Source: an uncultured virus (IMG/VR IMGVR_UViG_3300032093_000120) (lineage: Duplodnaviria > Heunggongvirae > Uroviricota > Caudoviricetes). Taken from it: a stretch of DNA of 64,000 nucleotides. Under the pieces are notes generated by a model. That model was given only the letters and a program-made list of their open reading frames with translations. It made no database searches and was not told the DNA's origin. The stretch lies in IMG/VR virus record IMGVR_UViG_3300032093_000120; one strand, written 5' to 3'. The number at the start of each line of letters is the position of its first letter. Position 1 is the first letter of the stretch. Below are positions 1-8,090 of this stretch, in pieces. The translations under genes and the position numbers were made by a program.

Positions 1-497
1 GACGGTGGCTCCTGCCAATACGTCTTCAATCATCGTAGCGGTCACTGGTGTACTGCAAGACCCATCAACCTATTCTGTATCAGGCACAACCCTGACCTTC
101 TCAGCCGCGCCTCCAAGCGGTACAAGCAACATCAGCGTCAGATACCTTGGCATCCCAGCCAGCGGAGTAACGACTACAGCCTACAGAACAGTAACGAACT
201 TCACAGCGACAGCGGGGCAGACATCATTCAGTGTGCCTTCATATACCGTTGGCTACATTGATGTGTACAGAAACGGGGTACGCCTTGTATCTACAGACTA
301 CACAGCCACTACAGGAACGACAGTAGTTCTAGCCAACGCCTGCACGGTAGGTGACGCAGTAGTCACAGAGAGCTTCCTTGTCAGTTCGGTGTTGAATGCT
401 ATTCCTGCTACTGCGGGTAGCGTGTCGGATAGTTATATTGTGAGCATGGCGGGTTCTAAGTTGACTGGAACGCAGGTAATTCCAAAGGCTACGTTGC
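1..497. repeat. Terminal overlap, copy 1 (matches 63504-64000)
   Basis: Direct comparison: ungapped match with 17 substitutions. Confidence 0.95.
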
Positions 498-922
498 CTA
501 CGGGGTCTGTGTTGCAAGTGGTGCAGGGAATTTTATCGGGCGGTGCTTCTACAACGTCTAGCACACCGGTAGCTACAGGTTTAACTGTTACTATCACACC
601 AACTTTTGCAACAAGTAAAATTTTAGTATCCGTTATAGCTAATGGGGTACAAAAAAATTCTGGGAATACTAATAATGGAGTAATTCTTAATGTTTATAAA
701 AACGGTTCAAATCTTCAAAAAATTGGCGAGTACATAGGCTACACAAATACAAGCACAGTCAATGATATTGGCACGGCTGGGATTGATTATCTTGATTCAC
801 CAGCAACAACTTCCGCCACTACTTATGCGTTATTTTTCTCTTCAAATGTAAGTGGGCAAGGCATAAATCTTAATGCTGGCGCAGATTATTCTACTATTAC
901 GCTCATGGAGATTGCGGCATGA
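1..922 (+). CDS. Tail fibre / receptor-binding protein (5' end is at 63418 via the terminal overlap)
   Basis: T/S/G-rich ORF with 'GQTSFSV..Y.VGYIDVYRNGVRL' modules and a C-terminal 'GSVLQVVQ...STITLMEIAA' domain; followed by a small chaperone-like gene. Confidence 0.75.
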   Translation, partial: TVAPANTSSIIVAVTGVLQDPSTYSVSGTTLTFSAAPPSGTSNISVRYLGIPASGVTTTAYRTVTNFTATAGQTSFSVPSYTVGYIDVYRNGVRLVSTDYTATTGTTVVLANACTVGDAVVTESFLVSSVLNAIPATAGSVSDSYIVSMAGSKLTGTQVIPKATLPTGSVLQVVQGILSGGASTTSSTPVATGLTVTITPTFATSKILVSVIANGVQKNSGNTNNGVILNVYKNGSNLQKIGEYIGYTNTSTVNDIGTAGIDYLDSPATTSATTYALFFSSNVSGQGINLNAGADYSTITLMEIAA

Positions 923-1191
923 ACAAGTATCAAGCAATATACGCAACGCATACTAATGTGGTTACTATCCGTGGTGACGATGCTTTTGATGCCCAAGGCA
1001 ACCCCGTTACCTATGACGAAACAGCAGTTCAAGCCTATATAGACGCACATTCCTATATAGCCAAAAGACAATCAGAATACCCAACCATTGGTGACCAACT
1101 AGACGCACTATGGAAAGGTGGAGATGCCCAAACAGAAATGCTGGCTAAAGTAATGGCAGTGAAAGCCAAGTATCCCAAGGAGCAAGCATGA
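919..1191 (+). CDS. Tail fibre assembly/chaperone-like small protein
   Basis: 'KRQSEYPTIGDQLDALW...VKAKYPK' motif, typical of genes following tail fibres. Confidence 0.65.
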   Translation: MNKYQAIYATHTNVVTIRGDDAFDAQGNPVTYDETAVQAYIDAHSYIAKRQSEYPTIGDQLDALWKGGDAQTEMLAKVMAVKAKYPKEQA

Positions 1192-2261
1192 CACTAGCAG
1201 TAAACATCGCACAGAGTGGCTCAAACAACGTAACCTTCCGCAACCGCATCATCAATGGCGCTATGGTTATAAATCAGCGAAATACCGCTGTAAGCACTTC
1301 TGACACTTATACAGTTGACAGGTGGCAATTTGTGAAAACAAACGGGGCGACTGAATCAGCCGCTCAAAATACAGATGCGCCAGCGGGTTTTACTTATTCA
1401 TTAAGAAACACTATTTCTGTTGGGGATGGAAGTATCACTACTACTGAATTTAGCGGGTTTAAACAACCAATTGAAGGTTATAACGTAGCAGATTTAGGAT
1501 TTGGTACATCTAATGCACAAAATGTTACGGTTTCTTTTTGGGTTCGCTCTAGTGTTACAGGTCAATATACTGGCAATATATCAAATAGTAACTATACAAG
1601 GATGTGTCCTTTTAATTTCACCATTAACACCGCGAACACTTGGGAGTTAAAAACAAACACATTTCCCGGTGATACAACTGGAACTTGGAACACAACTACT
1701 GGTATAGGCATAAACCTTCAAATTTATTCTGCATTGGGTTCTACATACGCAAGCGGAACAGCCAATACATGGGGCAGTTCTGGTTCTAATTTTGGTTGTG
1801 GCTCTCCAGTTAACGGAATTGCTTCTAACGGAAATATTTTTGCTATTGCAGGTGTGCAACTAGAAGCAGGGACAACAGCATCCCCATTTGAGTATCGTCA
1901 GTATGGTACGGAGTTGGCTTTGTGTCAGAGATATTGTTACAAAATTGCAACTTCTGGTGGATATTCAACTTATGCAACTACGGGTATGTTTATAAGTACC
2001 ACTAGAGTAGACTTTCCTATTTTATTTCCTACATATATGAGGGCATCTCCAACAGGAACATATACAGCCGCAAACACATATTTACCATCAAGTGCTGGAA
2101 CAGATTTCACCCCATCTGCTGTTGCATCCGTATCGGGTTCTGCGTGTCCACAAGCAATTACAGTTACCTTTACAGTAAGTGGCGCAACTGCTGGAAGGGC
2201 GGCAACATTAACAGATTTAAGTTCAACAGCATCAAACATGATATTTAGTGCGGAGTTATAA
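1188..2261 (+). CDS. Tail fibre protein with carbohydrate-binding-like domain
   Basis: 'FRNRIINGAM.INQR..DRW', 'GVQLEAGTTASPFEYR.YG.ELALCQRY', C-terminal 'FSAEL'. Confidence 0.75.
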   Translation: MTLAVNIAQSGSNNVTFRNRIINGAMVINQRNTAVSTSDTYTVDRWQFVKTNGATESAAQNTDAPAGFTYSLRNTISVGDGSITTTEFSGFKQPIEGYNVADLGFGTSNAQNVTVSFWVRSSVTGQYTGNISNSNYTRMCPFNFTINTANTWELKTNTFPGDTTGTWNTTTGIGINLQIYSALGSTYASGTANTWGSSGSNFGCGSPVNGIASNGNIFAIAGVQLEAGTTASPFEYRQYGTELALCQRYCYKIATSGGYSTYATTGMFISTTRVDFPILFPTYMRASPTGTYTAANTYLPSSAGTDFTPSAVASVSGSACPQAITVTFTVSGATAGRAATLTDLSSTASNMIFSAEL

Positions 2262-2426
2262 ATGTATAAATTACACCTAAACCAAAGAACAAATCAAGAG
2301 TGTATGGTTCAGCGTTTGTCGGATAACGCTTACATCCCATTTGACCCAGACAACACCGACTACCAAGCCTACCTAAAGTGGATTAGCGAAGGCAACACAC
2401 CAGAACCCGCAGAGGAGAACCAATAA
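2262..2426 (+). CDS. Small tail fibre chaperone-like protein (54 aa, not in ORF track)
   Basis: Hand translation MYKLHL...IPFDPDNTDYQAYLKWISEGNTPEPAEENQ; abuts both neighbours. Confidence 0.7.
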   Translation: MYKLHLNQRTNQECMVQRLSDNAYIPFDPDNTDYQAYLKWISEGNTPEPAEENQ

Positions 2427-3124
2427 TGGCTTTAACACAAGTAGCAGGGGGGCTGATAGCCTCCGGACAAACAATAACAAGCCCAACTCTTGTAACCCCA
2501 GTACTTGGAACTCCTTCATCTGGTACTTTGACTAGTTGTACAGGTCTACCTTTAACTACTGGCGTAACCGGAACTCTCCCCGTTGCTAACGGCGGTACAG
2601 GCTCTACATCAACCACGTTCGTAAACGCGGCAACAAACGTAACAGGTACGCTCCCCGTTGCTAACGGCGGTACTGGAGCCGCAACATTAACTGCAAACAA
2701 CGTACTGCTGGGTAACGGAACAAGTGCACTGGCAACAGTAGCCCCCGGAGCAAACGGAAACATTCTCACTTCTAACGGCACTACTTGGGTTTCGTCTACT
2801 CCAGCAGGTGGCGGTGTTACATCTTTAAATGGACAAACTGGAGCGATTACAAATACATCTTTATATGCCATTGGAAGTTATGTTTTAGGAAGGTCATTAA
2901 CAGATGGTGCTATTGCACAAGACACAACACTTGCTGGTTCAAGTTTATATGTAATGTCTGCTGGTGTTTATTTAATTCCTCCTTCAAGTTGGGGTTCACC
3001 AGATGGAGGCACTTCTTCCACAGCACCAGTTTTGGTTAATACTGGAACATGGAGACTTTTATCACAAGCGGGAAACACAAGTGGTGGTAAAAGAATGTCT
3101 GGTTTATGGGTTCGCATTAGTTAA
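2426..3124 (+). CDS. Tail fibre protein
   Basis: Repeated 'VTGTLPVANGGTG' units, 'GVTSLNGQTG', C-terminal 'GTWRLL...LWVRIS'. Confidence 0.7.
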   Translation: MALTQVAGGLIASGQTITSPTLVTPVLGTPSSGTLTSCTGLPLTTGVTGTLPVANGGTGSTSTTFVNAATNVTGTLPVANGGTGAATLTANNVLLGNGTSALATVAPGANGNILTSNGTTWVSSTPAGGGVTSLNGQTGAITNTSLYAIGSYVLGRSLTDGAIAQDTTLAGSSLYVMSAGVYLIPPSSWGSPDGGTSSTAPVLVNTGTWRLLSQAGNTSGGKRMSGLWVRIS

Positions 3125-3136
3125 TAAAGAAAGATT

Positions 3137-3535
3137 ATGAATTATTCAAATGTATCAAGTGTGCAATGGGCAAATGCTGAACATACAGCCATTAATTGCA
3201 TGGTCAATTTTGACGATTTGCGTGAAGAATTAGTACCATTTACCGCAGTAGCACAGGGTGATTATCCGCATTCACATGAAATTTTTGCTCGTTGTGTGGC
3301 TGGCGATTTTGGTACTATTGCAGAATACATTCCGCCCCCACAGCCTACAACGGAACAGTTAGCCGCAATTATTCGTAGTCAGCGGGATAATCTTTTATTG
3401 CAATCCGACTGGACTCAACTACCAGACGTGCCACAGGCTACAAGAGACGCGTGGGCAAGTTATCGCCAAGCATTAAGAGATGTCACCGCTCAGGCGGGTT
3501 TCCCTCAAACAATAACATGGCCCACTGCGCCATAA
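3137..3535 (+). CDS. Phage tail fibre assembly chaperone
   Basis: 'IRSQRDNLLLQSDWTQLPDVP...WASYRQALRDV.AQ.GFP..I.WP..P' signature. Confidence 0.85.
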   Translation: MNYSNVSSVQWANAEHTAINCMVNFDDLREELVPFTAVAQGDYPHSHEIFARCVAGDFGTIAEYIPPPQPTTEQLAAIIRSQRDNLLLQSDWTQLPDVPQATRDAWASYRQALRDVTAQAGFPQTITWPTAP

Positions 3536-3541
3536 AAATAA

Positions 3542-4444
3542 ATGTTCGGTTACGCCGCCTTTGCCCAATCTACCTTTGCTGGTCTTGGCGGGACGGCGTT
3601 CGCCTTATCTATCTCTGAAGACATCGCATTAGCAGACGACAGCGCACAAGCATCGGCGTTTCTAAAGTCTATAACCGAACCCATAACCGTTGACGAAGTT
3701 GAAAATGACGTAGGCGGTAACTTCTTTGGTAGCGTGACGGAAGCAATCTCTCTTGCCGACGCATCTTCTCAAGCCTCAACCTTCCTGCAATCCATAGCAG
3801 AGAACATTACCCTAGCGGACAGCCAAGCAGTTACAGCCCAGTTTGCTGTTGCCCAATCAGAAGACATAACAATCGCAGACAGCCAAGTGGTTTTCACCGC
3901 AGTCTTTAATGACCGCACTGAGCCGTTCACCATAGACGACACGCCAGCGACACAGTTTGCCTACCTTGCCTCGGTCACAGAGCCAATCACTCTAGAAGAC
4001 ACGCCGACTGCAACAGCCCAGTTTGCCTTGGCAATATCCGAAGCCATAACGATAGAAGAGGTTGAAGCCCTCACTGCCCAGTTCGCAGCCAGCGTTACAG
4101 AGAACATCACCCTCGCTGAACTAATCACTATCTTCAGCGTCTTCTTCTTGGATATTACCGAGAACTTTGGCGTAGCGGATGCCCAGACTGTCACCGCTAC
4201 CTTCCTGCAAGACATCACTGAGAACATCACCCTTGCGGATGTGCCGACCATCCAAGCCGCGTTCCAAGCCGCCATTGCCGAGAACATCAATATGGCAGAC
4301 AATACACAGGTAGCGGGCTGGATAAAAATCATCGACGACCAGACAGCAAACTGGGCGTTAATCAGCAACACCGAAAACGCAGGCTGGACAGTGGTTGACA
4401 CCACCGAAAATGCAGGCTGGACAGTAATAAACAACCTTCAATGA
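3542..4444 (+). CDS. Acidic virion protein with ~19-aa tandem repeats
   Basis: Starts MFG..AFAQ..FA; repeats of 'QFA.SITENITLAD'. Confidence 0.6.
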   Translation: MFGYAAFAQSTFAGLGGTAFALSISEDIALADDSAQASAFLKSITEPITVDEVENDVGGNFFGSVTEAISLADASSQASTFLQSIAENITLADSQAVTAQFAVAQSEDITIADSQVVFTAVFNDRTEPFTIDDTPATQFAYLASVTEPITLEDTPTATAQFALAISEAITIEEVEALTAQFAASVTENITLAELITIFSVFFLDITENFGVADAQTVTATFLQDITENITLADVPTIQAAFQAAIAENINMADNTQVAGWIKIIDDQTANWALISNTENAGWTVVDTTENAGWTVINNLQ

Positions 4445-4452
4445 GGTAAACC

Positions 4453-5487
4453 ATGTCAAGTACGTACTCACCCAATCTAAAAATTGAACTGATGGGCAAC
4501 GGTGACCAAGCAGGTAACTGGGGGTCAACAACCAACACCAACCTTGGCACGCTGATTGAACAGGCTATCTCAGGCTATGTAACCCAATCCGTCTCTACTG
4601 GCACGGACACCATAATCACTATCCCAGACGGTGCGACTGGTGTTGCCCGTAACATGTTCATTGAACTAACGGGTACAGGCGGAGCAAGCACTAACTTAAT
4701 AGTGCCGACTAATAAGAAGCTGTACTTCATCTATAACAACACCTCTAGCGGTCAGGTCACAGTAAAAGTTACAGGTCTGACGGGTGTATCCGTGCCCAAC
4801 GGGGCGAAGATGATTCTGGTGTCTAACGGCACAGACATAGTCAACGCCACTAACTACATGGCGTCTTTGACCCTTGGTTCTGCTCTGCCCGTCACTTCTG
4901 GTGGCACAGGGGGTACTACTTCTACAGGTTCTGGCGCGGTTGTTCTGGCTACTAGCCCTACGCTGGTAACTCCTGCTTTGGGAACTCCTACATCTGGAGT
5001 GATGACTAACGTAACTGGAACGGCATCTGGTCTGACTGCTGGTTCTTTGGTGGCTGGTGCGGCGTTCTCAACTCCGTCAATCACTATCCCAAGCGTTATT
5101 GGTGCAATGTTGGAGGCGGCAACCATAACGGCATCTGCTCCCGTATCCAGCACTAACTACGATGTGTCTACCCAGACGGTGCAGTACTACACAAGTAACG
5201 CCACAGTTAACTTCACGCTAAATATCCGTGGTAACGGCTCAACTTCGCTAAACACTTTGATGGCTACAGGCCAAGCCATGACCCTTGCGCTACTAATTAC
5301 AAACGGTTCAACTGCTTACTACCCCAACGTAATTCAGATTGACGGCTCAACAGTAACCCCTAAGTGGCAAAACGCCATAACCCCCACTGCGGGAATTGCT
5401 AATGCAATAAACATCTATGTGTTTACTGTTATTAAAACAGCCAGCGGCGTATACACAGTCCTTGGCTCACAGACTCAGTTTGCATAA
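4453..5487 (+). CDS. Tail/baseplate-associated structural protein
   Basis: 'MSSTYS.NLKIELM..GDQAG.WG.TTNTNLGTLIEQAI' N-terminus; T/S-rich. Confidence 0.6.
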   Translation: MSSTYSPNLKIELMGNGDQAGNWGSTTNTNLGTLIEQAISGYVTQSVSTGTDTIITIPDGATGVARNMFIELTGTGGASTNLIVPTNKKLYFIYNNTSSGQVTVKVTGLTGVSVPNGAKMILVSNGTDIVNATNYMASLTLGSALPVTSGGTGGTTSTGSGAVVLATSPTLVTPALGTPTSGVMTNVTGTASGLTAGSLVAGAAFSTPSITIPSVIGAMLEAATITASAPVSSTNYDVSTQTVQYYTSNATVNFTLNIRGNGSTSLNTLMATGQAMTLALLITNGSTAYYPNVIQIDGSTVTPKWQNAITPTAGIANAINIYVFTVIKTASGVYTVLGSQTQFA

Positions 5488-6251
5488 TGCCAATACTAAC
5501 TAACCTTGGTTCTGCTACCGCCCGTGGCTACGGCTTTGGTGGGGTTGTTGTGTATGCGCTTACTATTTCAAGCAATCAAACCGACTTGAATCTAAGAACG
5601 TATGCGTTAGCAAATGGTTGGACGGCATCAGGCTCACTACTCCAAGTAACGGTTAACGCAGGGGTTTACATCTTGGCAAGCGGGACAGGCACTCCAGCAC
5701 TAACAATCAACGGAACATATCCCGGTGGCGTAGTCCTCATAAACAACGGATACATCATTGGCTATGGCGGTGCGGGCGGTGCTGGTGGTTCTGGTGACCC
5801 TCCCGCTAACAGAGTTGGTTCACCCGGCTCTTCTGGTGGCACAGGTATTTCTGCTTCATCTGCGGTAAGAATTGCAAACAACGGCACTGTTGCTGGCGGT
5901 GGCGGTGGTGCTGGTGGTGGCGGCGGTTCAAACTTTGGTGATTGGTACGGCGGCGGTGGCGGCGGTGGCGGTGCTACTTATGGTGCTGGCGGTGCTGCTG
6001 GGGCTTCAAGTGGTCCGGGTACAGGTACATCAGGTCCGGGAGCCGCAGGTACTTTGAGCGCTGGAGGCGCGGGCGGGCGTAGTAACTATGCTACTGGCGG
6101 TACAGGTGGTGGTTGGGGTGCGTCTGGTGCGGCAGGTAACAATAGCTCACAAGCAAGTGGTGGCGCAGGTGGCGGAGCAGGTAACTACATAGTAGGTAAC
6201 TCCAACGTAACTTGGCTAGTAAACGGCACTCGCTTGGGCGGGGTGTCTTAA
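5487..6251 (+). CDS. Glycine-rich adhesin resembling T-even gp38 receptor-recognising protein
   Basis: 'INNGYIIGYGGAGG', 'IANNGTVAGGGGG', polyglycine runs, C-terminal 'GNYIVGNSNVTW..GTRLG'. Confidence 0.65.
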   Translation: MPILTNLGSATARGYGFGGVVVYALTISSNQTDLNLRTYALANGWTASGSLLQVTVNAGVYILASGTGTPALTINGTYPGGVVLINNGYIIGYGGAGGAGGSGDPPANRVGSPGSSGGTGISASSAVRIANNGTVAGGGGGAGGGGGSNFGDWYGGGGGGGGATYGAGGAAGASSGPGTGTSGPGAAGTLSAGGAGGRSNYATGGTGGGWGASGAAGNNSSQASGGAGGGAGNYIVGNSNVTWLVNGTRLGGVS

Positions 6252-6254
6252 AGT

Positions 6255-6977
6255 GTGGATCCTTTCACTCTTCTCATGGCGGCCCAAACCGCCGTTGGCT
6301 TTATCAAGCAGGGGTGCGCTCTATTGCATGAAGGGCGTATGGAGTTGGAAGGGGCTAAGAAGACGGCAGAACAGGTTATCGGAGATGTCAAAGCAATCAA
6401 GGGCATTTTTGATTGGTTCATTGGGTTGTTTAAGTATACAGTCCGGGAAAATAAGTATACAGAGCCGTCAAAGCCTGTGGCGCAAAAGAAGGCCGCAGCC
6501 AAGCAACAATCCTACGAAGAACTTGAACTCAAACTCATCAGCGAAGTGGGCACACAGTTGGGAGAATTCTTTGATATTCAGCAACAACTTCAGACCTACT
6601 ACCATGAGTTAGAGGAGCAGTCAAAAACTAACTACGACCCAGCCCAGAACACCAGCAAAAAAGCCATAGAGCGTGCGCTAGTTGAGTTGCAGTTAGAGAA
6701 GTTGGGAGAGCAAATCAGGGAGCAGATGACAACATATGCACCCAAAGAGTTGAAAGCAATCTACAGCCGATTCCTAAAGATGTACGCCAAGATTGAGCAA
6801 GAGCAGGAGTGGGCTAGGTCAGAGATGGTTCGTCGGGCTAGGTTGGCAAGGTGGCAGAAAGAGCAAGACGAGATTCGGGTTATTGAAACAACAACTGGAG
6901 TAATTGCCGTGATGTTCATATCGATGTTTTTTGGGTGGCTAATGTGGCAACTACGCGCCTTGTCTGGTGGATTTTGA
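6255..6977 (+). CDS. Coiled-coil membrane protein at the start of the lysis cassette
   Basis: 'MDPFTLLMAA' start, coiled-coil body, C-terminal hydrophobic helix. Confidence 0.55.
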   Translation: MDPFTLLMAAQTAVGFIKQGCALLHEGRMELEGAKKTAEQVIGDVKAIKGIFDWFIGLFKYTVRENKYTEPSKPVAQKKAAAKQQSYEELELKLISEVGTQLGEFFDIQQQLQTYYHELEEQSKTNYDPAQNTSKKAIERALVELQLEKLGEQIREQMTTYAPKELKAIYSRFLKMYAKIEQEQEWARSEMVRRARLARWQKEQDEIRVIETTTGVIAVMFISMFFGWLMWQLRALSGGF

Positions 6978-7111
6978 TAGGAGTCGCTATATGTATAGTC
7001 GTTGCAGCAACCTCAATGGCATACGTAGAAACCCTATATATGCGAGCACAACTCAAACAAGAGATTAAAGAGTTGCGCAAACTGAAACGTGAATTAAAGG
7101 AATCAAAATGA
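6935..7111 (+). CDS. Small TM + coiled-coil protein (58 aa, GTG start, not in ORF track)
   Basis: Hand translation ...LVWWILIGVAICIVVAATSMAYVETLYMRAQLKQEIKELRKLKRELKESK; ends in an ATGA overlap with the next gene. Confidence 0.5.
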   Translation: MANVATTRLVWWILIGVAICIVVAATSMAYVETLYMRAQLKQEIKELRKLKRELKESK

Positions 7112-7614
7112 TGACACTATTCTCAACCCTACTGTCTTTCCTGATGGGCGGGTTACCCAAACTGTTTGACTTCTTCCAAGACCGTGCGGACAAGGCGCAT
7201 GAGATTGCTTTAGCAGCCATGCAGACTGAGCGTGAACTGGCTCTGCGTAAAGCAGGTTTAGAAGCCCAAGAGCGCATTGAGCATATCCAGACAGAGCAGA
7301 TTCAGATTAACGCTGAAGTAACCAACGCACAGACAGCCATGCAAGAGCGCCAAGCCCTGTATGCCCATGACATCGCTATTGGACAAGGTGCCAGCCAGTG
7401 GGTAACTAACGCCCGTGCTATGGTGCGTCCCGCCATAACTTATGGTCTGTTTGTCTTGTTTGGCTTCGTAGAAATCTTTGGCTTCTGGTTCGCCTATCAC
7501 AAGGAAGTGCCATTTGAAGTTGCTCTAGACTTGCTGTGGGACAACGAGACACAAATCATCTGGGCATCCGTGGTGTCTTTCTGGTTTGGCACACAAGCAT
7601 TTGGCAAGAAATGA
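7108..7614 (+). CDS. Putative holin (GTA 3-TM holin-like)
   Basis: 'VRPAITY' and 'SFWFG' motifs, hydrophobic segments, directly upstream of lysozyme. Confidence 0.7.
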   Translation: MMTLFSTLLSFLMGGLPKLFDFFQDRADKAHEIALAAMQTERELALRKAGLEAQERIEHIQTEQIQINAEVTNAQTAMQERQALYAHDIAIGQGASQWVTNARAMVRPAITYGLFVLFGFVEIFGFWFAYHKEVPFEVALDLLWDNETQIIWASVVSFWFGTQAFGKK

Positions 7615-8087
7615 ACCTGTCAGATAAAGCCCTCAAGATGATTAAGCACCATGAAGGGGTGCGTCAGAAGCCTTACCGTTGCCCAGCCAAGCTATGGACG
7701 GTGGGGGTGGGGCATGTCTTGTATCCAGAGCAGGGCAAGTTAAAGATAGAAGACCGCGATGGGTTTGCTCTCAAAGACGCAGACAACCGCACATTCAGCA
7801 TGGAAGAAGTCGATGGAATTCTTAAAGCAGATTTGGCTCGCTTTGAGCGAGGTGTGGTTCAGTTCTGTCCTGTTCCCCTCACTCAAGGTCAGTACGATGC
7901 TCTCATATCTTTTAGTTTTAATGTTGGTCTGGGAACACTACAGCGCTCAACCCTCCGTCAGAAGGTTCTTCGCGGGGATATGGAAGGCGCGGCGGAGGAA
8001 CTCTTGAAGTATTGCAAAGCGGGTGGGAAAATACTCAAAGGGTTAGAGACTCGTCGCAAAGATGAACGCGCCCTGTTCTTAGGATAA
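7611..8087 (+). CDS. Endolysin, GH24 phage lysozyme
   Basis: 'HEGVRQKPYRCPAKLWTVGVGH', 'QYDALISFSFNVG', 'GLETRRKDE'; ATG at 7611 overlaps the holin stop. Confidence 0.92.
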   Translation: MNLSDKALKMIKHHEGVRQKPYRCPAKLWTVGVGHVLYPEQGKLKIEDRDGFALKDADNRTFSMEEVDGILKADLARFERGVVQFCPVPLTQGQYDALISFSFNVGLGTLQRSTLRQKVLRGDMEGAAEELLKYCKAGGKILKGLETRRKDERALFLG

Positions 8088-8090
8088 AAC

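Noticed and set aside
1..497. DGR template/variable repeat pair with 63504-64000
   Set aside because: Differences are not adenine-specific and are mostly synonymous, no reverse transcriptase is present, and the end-to-end position fits a circular overlap.
2563..2680. Near-identical DNA repeat in a tail fibre gene
   Set aside because: Encodes the ordinary VTGTLPVANGGTG fibre repeat.
3600..4430. ~57-bp periodic repeats resembling an array
   Set aside because: In-frame degenerate 19-aa protein repeats; no spacer structure.
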